NCBI GenBank assembly: GCA_019912985.1
Contig: JAIOHN010000079.1
Span: forward strand, 1-60,275
Reading direction: 5' to 3'
Length of the DNA stretch: 60,275 nucleotides
Origin: Anaerolineae bacterium
GTDB lineage: Bacteria > Chloroflexota > Anaerolineae > Aggregatilineales > Phototrophicaceae
The notes beneath the pieces are model-generated. The model saw only the letters and a program-made list of their open reading frames with translations. It was not told the DNA's origin and did no database searches. Both the position numbers and the translations under genes were made by a program. Shown here piece by piece: positions 48,270 through 57,556 of the stretch; position 1 is the first letter of the stretch; every line of letters begins with the position of its first letter.

Positions 48270-48575
48270 GTGCCTGCTTCTCCTCTGTGTTTTACGTTGA
48301 TGTTTCGATTATGCGGAGTAGATTTAACGCTTCTGTGACGCAGATGTGACAATTAGATGAAGTTCGAGTATGAGGTTTTGAGCGCTGTGGCCTCGGTCAA
48401 TCATTAGCGAGAGTTTGCAGCATTACTGAGCACAACATTGTGATGGTGGATACGTGGAAGCAAGTGATACGACAGTCATTGAGGCTGATGCTCAGATAAT
48501 GCAGGACGTGATCTTCCATCAAGGAGGCTATACAGAGGCTGTGTATAACCCTATCTCCACGAGAAATCTGGCAGG

Positions 48576-48986
48576 CTACAGTGTGGTGATTACCTGCTGT
48601 AACCGAAGGTGAATGTCATCTGCAATAGCCTTGATTTTGGGTTTTTCTGTTATTTGCATTGTTACGCCCGGATCAAGAATTGTAATGCCCGTCGTGCCTA
48701 TGTGGCGATTTTCATAGACAATGACATTGCATAGCAACGGCAGACCAATCTCCGGCTCAGACTGAAGGGTCAGATAGGCCAGTACCGGGTTGCAGGCCCC
48801 GAGAATCGTGTATTTCTCAGTGTCAAGACCCAGATACTGGCTGAACATCGTCTGTACGTCAACCTGTGTGATGTAGCTCAAACCTTGTTCTCTTAGCGCT
48901 GCCTTGACCTTCGTAAGCGCCTCATCGTAGGGCAGATCCACACTCGTCCTTAGAAAGGAAGTACACTGTTGATCTGTCATCTGCAT
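48576..48986 (-). CDS. DUF302 domain protein (second copy)
   Basis: GLSYITQVDVQTMFSQYLGLDTEKYTILGACNPVLA...LLCNVIVYEN. Confidence 0.85.
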   Translation of the reverse strand: MQMTDQQCTSFLRTSVDLPYDEALTKVKAALREQGLSYITQVDVQTMFSQYLGLDTEKYTILGACNPVLAYLTLQSEPEIGLPLLCNVIVYENRHIGTTGITILDPGVTMQITEKPKIKAIADDIHLRLQQVITTL

Positions 48987-49001
48987 TTCCTTTTGAATTG
49001 T

Positions 49002-50111
49002 TCATACAGCAAGAGGTAACGTGAACAGAAAAGTACTGCCCTGTCCTGGCCCGGCACTTTCAGCCCAGAGTCTCCCATTGTGGGCACGGATTATCGCCTG
49101 CGAGATCGTCAGACCAATGCCGCTGCCACCGCTCGCACGAGCACGCGATTTGTCAACCCGATAGAACCGCAGAAAGATATGTTCCAGATCTTCAGCGGCC
49201 AAACCAATCCCTGTGTCGCGCACAAAGAATCGGACAGCCCCGCCGCGCAGTTCCCAACCAACCATGACCTGTCCCCCTGTAGGGGTATATTGCAGCGCAT
49301 TGCCAAGTAAATTGAGCAGGACCTGTCGAATGCGGTCATGATCCGCCAGAACGGTGACGGATTTATCTGGTAGATCGAGGCGCAGTTCAATGCCGCTATC
49401 TTCAAACTGAGGGTGTATCCACTGGCTGGTCGCTTTTACAAGTTCCGTCGCCTCACAAGGTACGATACTCAATTTGATCTGATCTGATTCTGCCCGCGAG
49501 AGTTCCTGTAAATCATGCACCAAACGCTGCAAACGCCCTGCCTCGCGCTGCACCTGCTCAAATGTCTCAGGTGTCGGCTCCATGACTCTATCCAGCAAGC
49601 CCTCCATGTAAGCTTGAATTCCTGCTAAAGGTGTTTTGAGTTCGTGACTGATGTCGGCGATGAGTTGTTGGCGAACGGCTTCAGTTTCAGCCAACGCAGC
49701 CGCCATCCGGTTGAAACTTCGCGTTAGATCACCCAGTTCATCTTCACTGTAAACCGGCAGACGCTCCTCGTAGTGACCGTTGGCGATACGCTCGCTGGCC
49801 CGTACAGCCTGCTGAATGGGCATGGCGATCCGTCGGGTAACGTAAGCGCTGACGATACCGGCGGCCACGGTTGCTGCTGCGGTAGCGATGAGCAATGTGC
49901 TGTTTATGGCCTGGCGGAAATTGTTGTTCAGCTCCAATTCAAGCTGCTCCATACCGGTACTCATCATCATAGAGGTCATCGTATCGCGCATACTCTCGAC
50001 ATGCTGGGCAAATGTCACAGGTGCAATTGAGAGCGTCGAAACCCCCATGACCAGCGCGCCAACCAGGATGACAACGAGATAAGATATGAACAATTTCCGG
50101 CCCAGACTCAT
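49002..50111 (-). CDS. sensor histidine kinase (HAMP, HisKA, HATPase_c)
   Basis: H-box LIADISHELKTPLA, N-box LLGNALQYT, G-box GSGIGLTIS. 4-nt overlap with the regulator gene. Confidence 0.9.
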   Translation of the reverse strand: MSLGRKLFISYLVVILVGALVMGVSTLSIAPVTFAQHVESMRDTMTSMMMSTGMEQLELELNNNFRQAINSTLLIATAAATVAAGIVSAYVTRRIAMPIQQAVRASERIANGHYEERLPVYSEDELGDLTRSFNRMAAALAETEAVRQQLIADISHELKTPLAGIQAYMEGLLDRVMEPTPETFEQVQREAGRLQRLVHDLQELSRAESDQIKLSIVPCEATELVKATSQWIHPQFEDSGIELRLDLPDKSVTVLADHDRIRQVLLNLLGNALQYTPTGGQVMVGWELRGGAVRFFVRDTGIGLAAEDLEHIFLRFYRVDKSRARASGGSGIGLTISQAIIRAHNGRLWAESAGPGQGSTFLFTLPLAV

Positions 50112-50800
50112 AACAACTCATCCTCGAACCTATAACCTACACCGCGCACTGTCTGGACAAACTGCGGCTCGGCGGGGTTTGTTTCCAGCTTTTGTCGAAT
50201 GCGCCCAATATGCACATCAACTACGCGCTCGTCACCGTAGAAGTCATAGCCCCACACTTTTTCGAGAAGCTGCGCCCGGCTGAGCACCATCCCCGGATAG
50301 GTCGCCAGTGTCTTGAGCAGTTCAAATTCCAGGGCAGTCAGGTCGATATCCTCATCGTCGCGCCAGACTTGATGGCGCTGGCTGTCGATACGAATGTGGG
50401 CAAAATTCAAGTTGCTTGACTCGGCGGCTGCGTTGCGGTCGCGGCGAAGAATGGCTTTGACACGCGCCACCAACTCACGCGGGCTGAACGGTTTGGTCAC
50501 GTAATCATCTGCACCGATCGTCAGGCCCACAATGCGATCGGTCTCTTCCGATTTCGCCGTCAACATCAGGACATAGGCATCGGATTCTCGACGGATATGT
50601 TGCAGCACTTCGAAGCCATCCATGCCAGGCAGCATGACATCCAGAATCACGAGTTGAGGTTTATAGCGCTGGAATACCCGCAGTGCCTGTTGACCATCCG
50701 TCGCTGTGCGAACGGTATAGCCCTCAGCTTCTAAGTAAGCGATGACGGGTTTACGGATACTCTCTTCGTCATCGACAACCAGAATTGTTGTCATCGTCAC
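50108..50800 (-). CDS. OmpR-family response regulator
   Basis: ILVVDDEESIR...LVILDVMLPGMDG...KPF plus winged helix LTALEFELLKTL...VQTVRGVGYRF. Confidence 0.9.
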   Translation of the reverse strand: MTMTTILVVDDEESIRKPVIAYLEAEGYTVRTATDGQQALRVFQRYKPQLVILDVMLPGMDGFEVLQHIRRESDAYVLMLTAKSEETDRIVGLTIGADDYVTKPFSPRELVARVKAILRRDRNAAAESSNLNFAHIRIDSQRHQVWRDDEDIDLTALEFELLKTLATYPGMVLSRAQLLEKVWGYDFYGDERVVDVHIGRIRQKLETNPAEPQFVQTVRGVGYRFEDELL

Positions 50801-50821
50801 CTTACCCGAATTTGTCCAAAG

Positions 50822-51922
50822 TCAACGATAGTCGCCGGAACTATGTACGTAGACGTAATTGACCTTCTCAACCTCTGGATCAGGCCCTGCAGAACCCATC
50901 CACTCGAAAATGAAGCGCGCATCGCTGATGCTCATATTGACACAGCCCCGGCTCTGGCGATAACCAAACAAATCATGCCAGTACGTCCCATGCAGGCTGA
51001 TAGCCTCATCGAAATACTGTACCCAGGGCACACTTTGCAGCGCATAAGCGTTGGGTGCGCCAGTTGCGCCCGACATGCCGTCACGCTCCAATCGCGCCCA
51101 GATTGTGAAAAGGTCCTGATTCGTATCTGTACCGGGTAGACCGCTGGAAATCAACGTGGCAAAGATGGGTTTATCCTCCTCGTAGGCAACGAGATTCTGC
51201 TCAAAAAGATCCACAGCAGCCCAGCGGCCAGCAACATTACGCGGGCGTGTGATCTGTTGAGCGATAGACAGATAGCGCTGGTTCACCCACTGATCTGGGC
51301 CAATCATATACCAGATCCAACCGTCATCACCTGGCGCTTCGGCAAAGATGTTGACCCGCTCATAGCGTAGGGGCACGCGACCGGTGGCAGGTGATGGTGG
51401 GCCACCAGGATACTCAGATGTGTAGATACCGGTTTTGTCTAGAACCCAGGCAAACGGGTGGTCCAGACCATAGGGTAACCGGACTCCTCGAAAGTAGGAG
51501 GGTTCAGTGAACTCAGCGACGGTCCGGGCTAGCCAGTGTCCCCCCTCGATTTGGAGCCAGTCTTCGATGCTGGTGTCGAGCGCTCGGACGAAGTTAAAAC
51601 CGGCAGGGTACTGTCCAACGACGTTGCCACCGGGGGCATCAAACAGATTCGTTGCCTCTGGGCCGATTCGCCAAAAACTGTAGGTGCTAAGAGTGGACAG
51701 ATCAGGAGCGATTTCCTCGACAGGCGGTTCAGGGAAGGCGTTGATCATTGCCACGCATTCCTGACTGAGCGCACCATCCCCGACCCGACCAGAGCATACC
51801 GTCGGATCATACACGAGTTTTGCAGGCTCAAGTGAGCCGACTTCAAGAAGAAACAGCATAACAGCGCCTGTCCCCATGTCTCGAAGGAATTCGCGCCGAG
51901 AGCGTATATTTATATCTGTCAT
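50822..51922 (-). CDS. L,D-transpeptidase (YkuD) with Tat-type signal
   Basis: SRREFLRDMGTGAVMLF twin-arginine signal. ISLHGTYWHDLFGYRQSRGCVNMS active-site block. Confidence 0.85.
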   Translation of the reverse strand: MTDINIRSRREFLRDMGTGAVMLFLLEVGSLEPAKLVYDPTVCSGRVGDGALSQECVAMINAFPEPPVEEIAPDLSTLSTYSFWRIGPEATNLFDAPGGNVVGQYPAGFNFVRALDTSIEDWLQIEGGHWLARTVAEFTEPSYFRGVRLPYGLDHPFAWVLDKTGIYTSEYPGGPPSPATGRVPLRYERVNIFAEAPGDDGWIWYMIGPDQWVNQRYLSIAQQITRPRNVAGRWAAVDLFEQNLVAYEEDKPIFATLISSGLPGTDTNQDLFTIWARLERDGMSGATGAPNAYALQSVPWVQYFDEAISLHGTYWHDLFGYRQSRGCVNMSISDARFIFEWMGSAGPDPEVEKVNYVYVHSSGDYR

Positions 51923-51969
51923 TTACAACCTGTACCATTCAATTTACTGACAACAGATGCCGGGAAAGC

Positions 51970-52545
51970 TTACCTCTCTGTCACCAACAGATCATCAATG
52001 ATCGCATCGAGCTGTCCTTCCTGGACCGGTGCAATGATAAGGTCGACGATGTTGCCAGCCTGGTCAATGACGAACGTTTCGGGTACACCAGTGATCCGGT
52101 AGTCCTCGGAAATGCGGGTTCCAACATCCGGGCCGTTGGGATAGGTGATGCCAAATTCGTCAATGAATGCCAGCGAATTGCTCTCGGTATCCGCATAAGC
52201 GATCCCCACCAGCACGACCCCGCGATCACGATACCGTTCCCACATGCTTTGCAGGATGGGCGCTTCATCCCGGCAGGGTACGCACCAGCTTGCCCAGAAG
52301 TTGACCACCACGACTTTGCCCCGCTGCGCTCCAAACCGGAAGATTTCGCCATTGAAGGTGGTCAGTGTAAATTCAGGGGCTGGCCCGGTTTCGGGTTGCG
52401 TTTGAAGCTGCCGCGCCAGGGCGATACCTATGATCAATACAATCACGACAAGCGCACCGATCAGGAGAACTGATCCCGGACTAAAACCACTTTGAGTGGA
52501 TCTTGGTTCTTCAAGTAAATCCTGGGCAACGAGGTCTTGCGACAT
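51970..52545 (-). CDS. TlpA/ResA-like thiol-disulfide oxidoreductase
   Basis: AGGAGG RBS before the internal ATG. TM anchor. FWASWCVPC thioredoxin motif. Confidence 0.85.
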   Translation of the reverse strand: MSQDLVAQDLLEEPRSTQSGFSPGSVLLIGALVVIVLIIGIALARQLQTQPETGPAPEFTLTTFNGEIFRFGAQRGKVVVVNFWASWCVPCRDEAPILQSMWERYRDRGVVLVGIAYADTESNSLAFIDEFGITYPNGPDVGTRISEDYRITGVPETFVIDQAGNIVDLIIAPVQEGQLDAIIDDLLVTER

Positions 52546-52559
52546 ATAAACCTCCTGGG

Positions 52560-53351
52560 TTATACGTGTGTCAACGCGCGCCCGCTTAGGTACCCAATAT
52601 AGGCCGGAACCAGGGGCAATACACACGGCGACAGGAAGGACAACAGACCCGCAAGAAAAGCGACCAGATAGGTCGGTGTACCGGCTGCACCCATAGGCAG
52701 GTCAAGATAGAGGCCGTTCTGCTGCGCCCAGATGGCAATCAACGTCATCTGATTCGTGAGTAACATAACCCCGATCACGATGAGTAACAGCCCACTGGCA
52801 AGCTGGAACTTTCGCAGATGGCGGCGAAATCGTTCGATAAAGCGTAGCGCCCGCTCCAGTCCAAAGCCAATCAGAAGAAACGGAGATCCCAGGCCTAACG
52901 CATAACCACTGGTTAAGAGCATGGCCTGCCCTGCGCTGCCCTCACTGAAGCCTAATGTCAGGATTGCCCCTAGTGTTGTCCCGATACAGGGTGTCCAACC
53001 AGCGGCAAAGAACACACCCATCAGCATTGACGATGCCAAATTCGTAGTCTGCTCTCCCCGCCACTGAGGGCGCGTGTCGTAGTAGAGCCAGGGGATTCGC
53101 AGCAGGCCCAGATTCACCAGTCCAAACACAATGATGACGATGCCGCCAGCACGGGCAATCTCAGCCTTGTACTCGCGGAATAACTGACCCAGTACGGTTG
53201 CTGCACCGCCCCAGCCCACGATAAAGATGAGTGAAAACCCAAGGACAAAGCATACGGCGTGAGCCATCATGATCCAGCGGCTTGTCACTATTTTCGACCT
53301 TGTAGCTGATGCAACCTCGCGTGTCATTGACCTGATCTCCCCATCGATCAT
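52560..53351 (-). CDS. ccdA: cytochrome c biogenesis / disulfide-reductant transporter CcdA (DsbD TM-domain family)
   Basis: Conserved Cys-containing helices FLSPCVLPLVPAY and WTPCIGTTLG. 4-nt overlap with the upstream gene. Confidence 0.85.
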   Translation of the reverse strand: MIDGEIRSMTREVASATRSKIVTSRWIMMAHAVCFVLGFSLIFIVGWGGAATVLGQLFREYKAEIARAGGIVIIVFGLVNLGLLRIPWLYYDTRPQWRGEQTTNLASSMLMGVFFAAGWTPCIGTTLGAILTLGFSEGSAGQAMLLTSGYALGLGSPFLLIGFGLERALRFIERFRRHLRKFQLASGLLLIVIGVMLLTNQMTLIAIWAQQNGLYLDLPMGAAGTPTYLVAFLAGLLSFLSPCVLPLVPAYIGYLSGRALTHV

Positions 53352-53944
53352 CCTGGTACATTCTCTGGCGCACGATTGCCGTGCCGGAGCACAAAGTTGA
53401 TTAACTCGTCGGCATTCAACTCCTCAATCGTTAAGAGGCGAGTCCAGGCTGCTGCTGCGACCCGGCTGTCGTTCTGAGGTCGATTGGTAACGACAACCCT
53501 GCCTGGAAAGCGCTGCTGTACCTGAGTGAGGACGTTTATCGCCTCCTGATCTCCGGAATCTCGATAAGAAAGCCAGACGTGCCCGTGCTCCAGATTGTGG
53601 ATCAGACTCATGTCGGGAACGATTTCAGTGTAAACACCTGTTCGGATCGACTGGGTGTGTGGTCCTGATGTCGGGGGATTAGAATTATATAGGAGTGGTT
53701 GTTGACCAGGCTCGAGATGTTCCGTCCCCTGACTAGGGAAGGCAATGCTATTGTCCGGTATCTCCGTGCTCAGTTCAGGCGGGCGATTCAGAGCACTGTT
53801 CAATGCAATCACGCCCACAATCAAAACTGATGCCAGGATCGAACCACCGATGACCACACGATCCATCGTCAGATACTGACCCAGTCGAGCGTTAATACCA
53901 CTGGAAGTTCGCTTACGCCGCTTCAATGTTGATCCTCTGCTCAT
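53348..53944 (-). CDS. DUF3105 domain protein (membrane anchored)
   Basis: YNSNPPTSGPH...LIHNLEHGHVWLSY...AAAWTRLL. Confidence 0.75.
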   Translation of the reverse strand: MSRGSTLKRRKRTSSGINARLGQYLTMDRVVIGGSILASVLIVGVIALNSALNRPPELSTEIPDNSIAFPSQGTEHLEPGQQPLLYNSNPPTSGPHTQSIRTGVYTEIVPDMSLIHNLEHGHVWLSYRDSGDQEAINVLTQVQQRFPGRVVVTNRPQNDSRVAAAAWTRLLTIEELNADELINFVLRHGNRAPENVPG

Positions 53945-53958
53945 CTTGTCCTTTCCTT

Positions 53959-54612
53959 CTATGCCAAGATTTTATGAACATATTCCGCGATTTGTTCGCC
54001 CCGCATCGCACCGATGTGTTTGTCACTGATCTTGCCGTCCGGGGTAACAAAAATGCTCGTCGGCACACCCATCACTCGATACAAGCCATCTGTCACGCCG
54101 TTGTCCGTATCTAGAAGAACGGGAAAAGGTAGATTGTATTCCTCCACGAAGGCTTGCACATCCTCAATCGTATCCTGGGCCGTCATGTTGACCGCCAGTA
54201 CCATGAAACCCTCCGCCTTGTAAGTCTCATAGGTCAGGCGAAGCAATGGCATTTCTTCGCGGCAGGGGCCGCACCATGTTGCCCAGAAATTAATCAGCAG
54301 AGGCTGACCACGAAAATCAGACAGTGTCAGATCGCCTCCCCCAAGACTTGGTAGCACAAAATCAGGAGCAATTTCTCCAACCTGTGGACCAAAGCTTGCG
54401 CTATCTGCAATCGTTGTCGTCGCCAGTTCATTGCCTTGTAAGTAGTTTGTCGGTCTTGTGGGCTTCGCCAATTCTGTGCCTGGCATCAGGAGGATTATTA
54501 TCAACAACGCTGCCGTAAATCCCAATGTGGTGCCCAAAAACATCAATTTCAGCCGAAGGCGAGTTCTATTCGATATGTTCATATGAGGTCCGAATAACTT
54601 AGCATCATCCAT
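53959..54612 (-). CDS. TlpA-like thiol-disulfide oxidoreductase (second copy)
   Basis: TM anchor. FWATWCGPC motif. VLAVNM...GVPTSIFV. Confidence 0.85.
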   Translation of the reverse strand: MDDAKLFGPHMNISNRTRLRLKLMFLGTTLGFTAALLIIILLMPGTELAKPTRPTNYLQGNELATTTIADSASFGPQVGEIAPDFVLPSLGGGDLTLSDFRGQPLLINFWATWCGPCREEMPLLRLTYETYKAEGFMVLAVNMTAQDTIEDVQAFVEEYNLPFPVLLDTDNGVTDGLYRVMGVPTSIFVTPDGKISDKHIGAMRGEQIAEYVHKILA

Positions 54613-54645
54613 CCCTACAGCCTGATATGCTATGTACCTTGTCGG

Positions 54646-55599
54646 TCAGCCGATTTGCTGCCATGTCAGTCCATCATCCCTCGTAACGTAGATACGTCTC
54701 CTCGATGTCGCGAGAGCAATTTCGTCACGAACCGGATTGACCGCGATATAAGAGAAGAATTCACCCTCACTCAGGTCAGGACCTGGCAATGGCTCAGTCT
54801 GGCGGCTCTCAAGCCCATAGCGGTAAAGCTGTTGAAAACCAAAGTAAAGCTCATCGCCCATCTCCGGGTCAAATGCAACCATAGTTGCTCGTCCACCTTC
54901 ATCAAGAGGGCTAAAATCGTCGCCGTAGTTTGAGGACATAAAAACACCCGCATCGGTCGCCGCAGCCAAACGAGATATCTCGTAAGGATGAACAGCAAGT
55001 TGGACTGGGGCAGCGGCCAGGCCTCTGGTTCCACTTTGCTGCCAGGTAAGTCCCTCGTCCAAGCTGTAATGCAGCCCTCTGGATAGAGAACTGGTTTCAT
55101 CGGGAATGAATGCGAAAAGCATAAAACTTCGATAGCCAGCTGCCAGTATTTCAATGACGAGATCATCTGTATATTTCACGGGTGTAAGTGTGGCCCCATC
55201 ATCGGTACTGCGGGAGATTCCAAGCAGTCCCTCAGAACTGATGTCGGGATCACGATAACCACTCGTGAAAAAACCATTGTTGATTCCGGCAAATCCGCGA
55301 TAATCGTGATTGGCCCCATCAGGGATACGCCACTGATTATCTGCATAAACCCGCAGACCCTCGGAAGTGGCAACATACAGACTGCGTCCATCACTGGTGT
55401 AACTCAAGCCATGAATAGACGAAAACCTGAGTGGTGTTTCACCAATTCTGCGGCTGGCAAGCCACTGCGCGGAAACAGCGACCATCACAACAATTCCAAG
55501 GGTAAAAACGACTACGTATATAAAATGCCTTAACGATTTTCGTCGAAACTGCGCCTCACGCTTTCGGACAGCACATTTCATTATGACCAAGAGCCTCAC
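54646..55599 (-). CDS. membrane-anchored beta-propeller protein (BNR/Ycf48-like, F510_1955-like)
   Basis: N-terminal TM. Repeated S.DGG.TW-like units (STDDGATL, SLDEGLTWQQ, TRDDGLTWQQ). Confidence 0.6.
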   Translation of the reverse strand: MRLLVIMKCAVRKREAQFRRKSLRHFIYVVVFTLGIVVMVAVSAQWLASRRIGETPLRFSSIHGLSYTSDGRSLYVATSEGLRVYADNQWRIPDGANHDYRGFAGINNGFFTSGYRDPDISSEGLLGISRSTDDGATLTPVKYTDDLVIEILAAGYRSFMLFAFIPDETSSLSRGLHYSLDEGLTWQQSGTRGLAAAPVQLAVHPYEISRLAAATDAGVFMSSNYGDDFSPLDEGGRATMVAFDPEMGDELYFGFQQLYRYGLESRQTEPLPGPDLSEGEFFSYIAVNPVRDEIALATSRRRIYVTRDDGLTWQQIG

Positions 55600-55736
55600 T
55601 ATCGAGGAAACACTGGCCCATCAACATTTCTTCTTCGGAATATTGAGCATCGCTATGGCATTGCGGATTGTCACTCAATGAGCAAGCTCGTTGACTCGGT
55701 AACAGCAGGGCCGCGCATCCCGTTGCGTTGGTTCCA

Positions 55737-55808
55737 ATGATAGATGGGAGAAGAGGGTACAGAATGCGCTATTTGGCGGGTTTCAGATTAGAACCTGGTA
55801 AATAGATT
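55737..55808. promoter_or_regulatory. palindrome CGCTATTTGGCG flanked at 24 nt on both sides by TAnnnT hexamers (TATCAT minus strand, TAGATT plus strand)
   Basis: Palindrome 55767-55778. Minus-strand hexamer at plus coordinates 55737-55742. Plus-strand hexamer at 55803-55808. Confidence 0.5.
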
Positions 55809-55822
55809 AGACGTCCGTCTAA
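55807..55822. other. perfect 7-2-7 palindrome TTAGACG-TC-CGTCTAA abutting the stop codon of the kinase gene
   Basis: Read directly. The 2-nt centre excludes a full hairpin. It could be a weak stem-loop or a protein-binding site. Confidence 0.4.
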
Positions 55823-55823
55823 C

Positions 55824-56882
55824 TTATGTAGCGCTTGCTTCCAGTTGAAGATACGTCTCTGGATCGCTTTGAAAAGCGCCCTGACACACTGGACAGCAGA
55901 AGTAGTAAGTCTGATTCAGGTAGAGCGCACTGGCATAGGCTTGATGTGGTTCAATTATTGTGCTGCACACCGGATCACGAACCGAATTGGGCGGTTGATG
56001 GCGGTCATCTTCGGGTAGAAAAATGGTGATAGTGGTCCCGGAATCTTTCTGGCTCCTGACGTTGACAGTGCCATCGAGGTGCTGAACTCGTTCATGAATA
56101 CCCAGTAATCCATAATGACCATCAGTTGCCAGTGCGCCCACATGTTTGGGTGGGACAAAGCCCTCACCGTTGTCGCTGACGATCAGGCGAACACCATTCG
56201 GCTCGTAGACAACTTTGATGTCCACCCGTGTCGCATGGCCGTGACGACAGGCGTTGATGAGTGCTTCCTGGGCACTGCGGAACAACGCCAGTTCATGGGA
56301 TTCATCCAATCGTCGTTCCGTCCCTTCGACCGCAATCGACACCGGGAAGCTAGCGTGTTTATCCGCCTGAAGCCGTAACGCTGCCACCAGCCCTAATTCA
56401 TTCAGGGCTGGTGGTCGCAAGTCGCCGATCAGATCCCGCAGTTCAGCGATGGTGTCCAGTGACTGTTTGCGCGCCTCTACCAGGGTTGTGATGGCGTGTT
56501 CAGGATCGCTTTTGACCCACTTCTGTGCCATATCCATGCTCCAGGCAATCGCCACCAATGACTGGATGGTCTGGTCATGCAGTTCGCGTGCGATGCGGGC
56601 GCGTTCGGCCTCCTGTCCATTGGCTAGCTCCTCAGCGTACACAAAGCTGTGTTCCTGGGAACGGCGAACATGCCGTACCATGCCAGCCATTGAGCGGCGG
56701 AGCGCATCAATCTCGGCAATACCTCCACAGGGCTTATCCAATGCTCCAAAATCGCCTTGTGTGATCTGACTGGCTTGCGAACACAGTCGGCGCAGGGGAT
56801 TCACAATCCGGTGGAAAACCCAGATATGGCTTGCCAACAGCGCAACCAGGACAACCCCACACAACTCGAGCAAATCACTCAC
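55824..56882 (-). CDS. NarL-partner (HisKA_3) sensor histidine kinase with C-terminal YHS/TRASH domain
   Basis: One TM, HAMP-like linker, ERARIARELHDQTIQSL H-box, HATPase_c (DNGEGF, GLLGIHERV). C-terminal DPVCSTIIEPHQAYASALYLNQTYYFCCPVCQGAFQSDPETY. Confidence 0.8.
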   Translation of the reverse strand: MSDLLELCGVVLVALLASHIWVFHRIVNPLRRLCSQASQITQGDFGALDKPCGGIAEIDALRRSMAGMVRHVRRSQEHSFVYAEELANGQEAERARIARELHDQTIQSLVAIAWSMDMAQKWVKSDPEHAITTLVEARKQSLDTIAELRDLIGDLRPPALNELGLVAALRLQADKHASFPVSIAVEGTERRLDESHELALFRSAQEALINACRHGHATRVDIKVVYEPNGVRLIVSDNGEGFVPPKHVGALATDGHYGLLGIHERVQHLDGTVNVRSQKDSGTTITIFLPEDDRHQPPNSVRDPVCSTIIEPHQAYASALYLNQTYYFCCPVCQGAFQSDPETYLQLEASAT

Positions 56883-57523
56883 ACCGCCTCTCCTTCATCC
56901 AGGGTGATCAGGCTGTATTTGAGCGCTAGAGCAACGGCTTCGGTACGAGTGGTTACGCCCAGTTTCTGGTAAATATTTTTCAGGTGACCTTGTACGGTGC
57001 GGTCCGAAATGAATAAGATATTGCCGATTTCCTTGTTCGTCAGGCCATAGCCGGCCTGTTTTAATACCTGAATCTCGCGATCAGTCAAGCCCTCAACCAG
57101 GATCTGCATGTCCTGTTGATGGTGGGCGGCCCTTTCGAGCGTCTGAGCGTCAAACGCTTTCCGGCCAACCGCGACTTCCTGAAGCGCCTTCAAGAGTTCG
57201 GCAAGCTCCGCCGTTTTGAGCACAAACCCATCGGCCCCGGCATCGAGCAAAGCGTGGATATACGATGGCTCATCATAGGCCGTGAGGACGAGCACCCGGA
57301 TATCGTCGTTTTCGTGGCGAATACGCCGGGTGGCCTCTACACCGGTGAGTTCGGGCAGGTGAATATCCATAATGACCACATCCGGCTGGAGTTCACGGGA
57401 CAGAGAGACTCCCTCGCGCCCGTTGGTGGCTTCGCCGATCACCTCAATGCCCTCGCTTTCGAGGTAGAGCCGTGTACCCTGACGCACCACCTTGTGATCT
57501 TCGACCAGCAGCACCCTGATCAT
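56879..57523 (-). CDS. NarL/LuxR-family response regulator
   Basis: Start at MIRVLLVEDH. Receiver domain plus LTDREIQVLKQAGYGLTNKEIGNILFISDRTVQGHLKNIYQKLGV. 4-nt overlap with the kinase gene. Confidence 0.9.
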   Translation of the reverse strand: MIRVLLVEDHKVVRQGTRLYLESEGIEVIGEATNGREGVSLSRELQPDVVIMDIHLPELTGVEATRRIRHENDDIRVLVLTAYDEPSYIHALLDAGADGFVLKTAELAELLKALQEVAVGRKAFDAQTLERAAHHQQDMQILVEGLTDREIQVLKQAGYGLTNKEIGNILFISDRTVQGHLKNIYQKLGVTTRTEAVALALKYSLITLDEGEAV

Positions 57524-57556
57524 GCCGGCGTCCCTTTCGCTATGTTCCTTACATAT

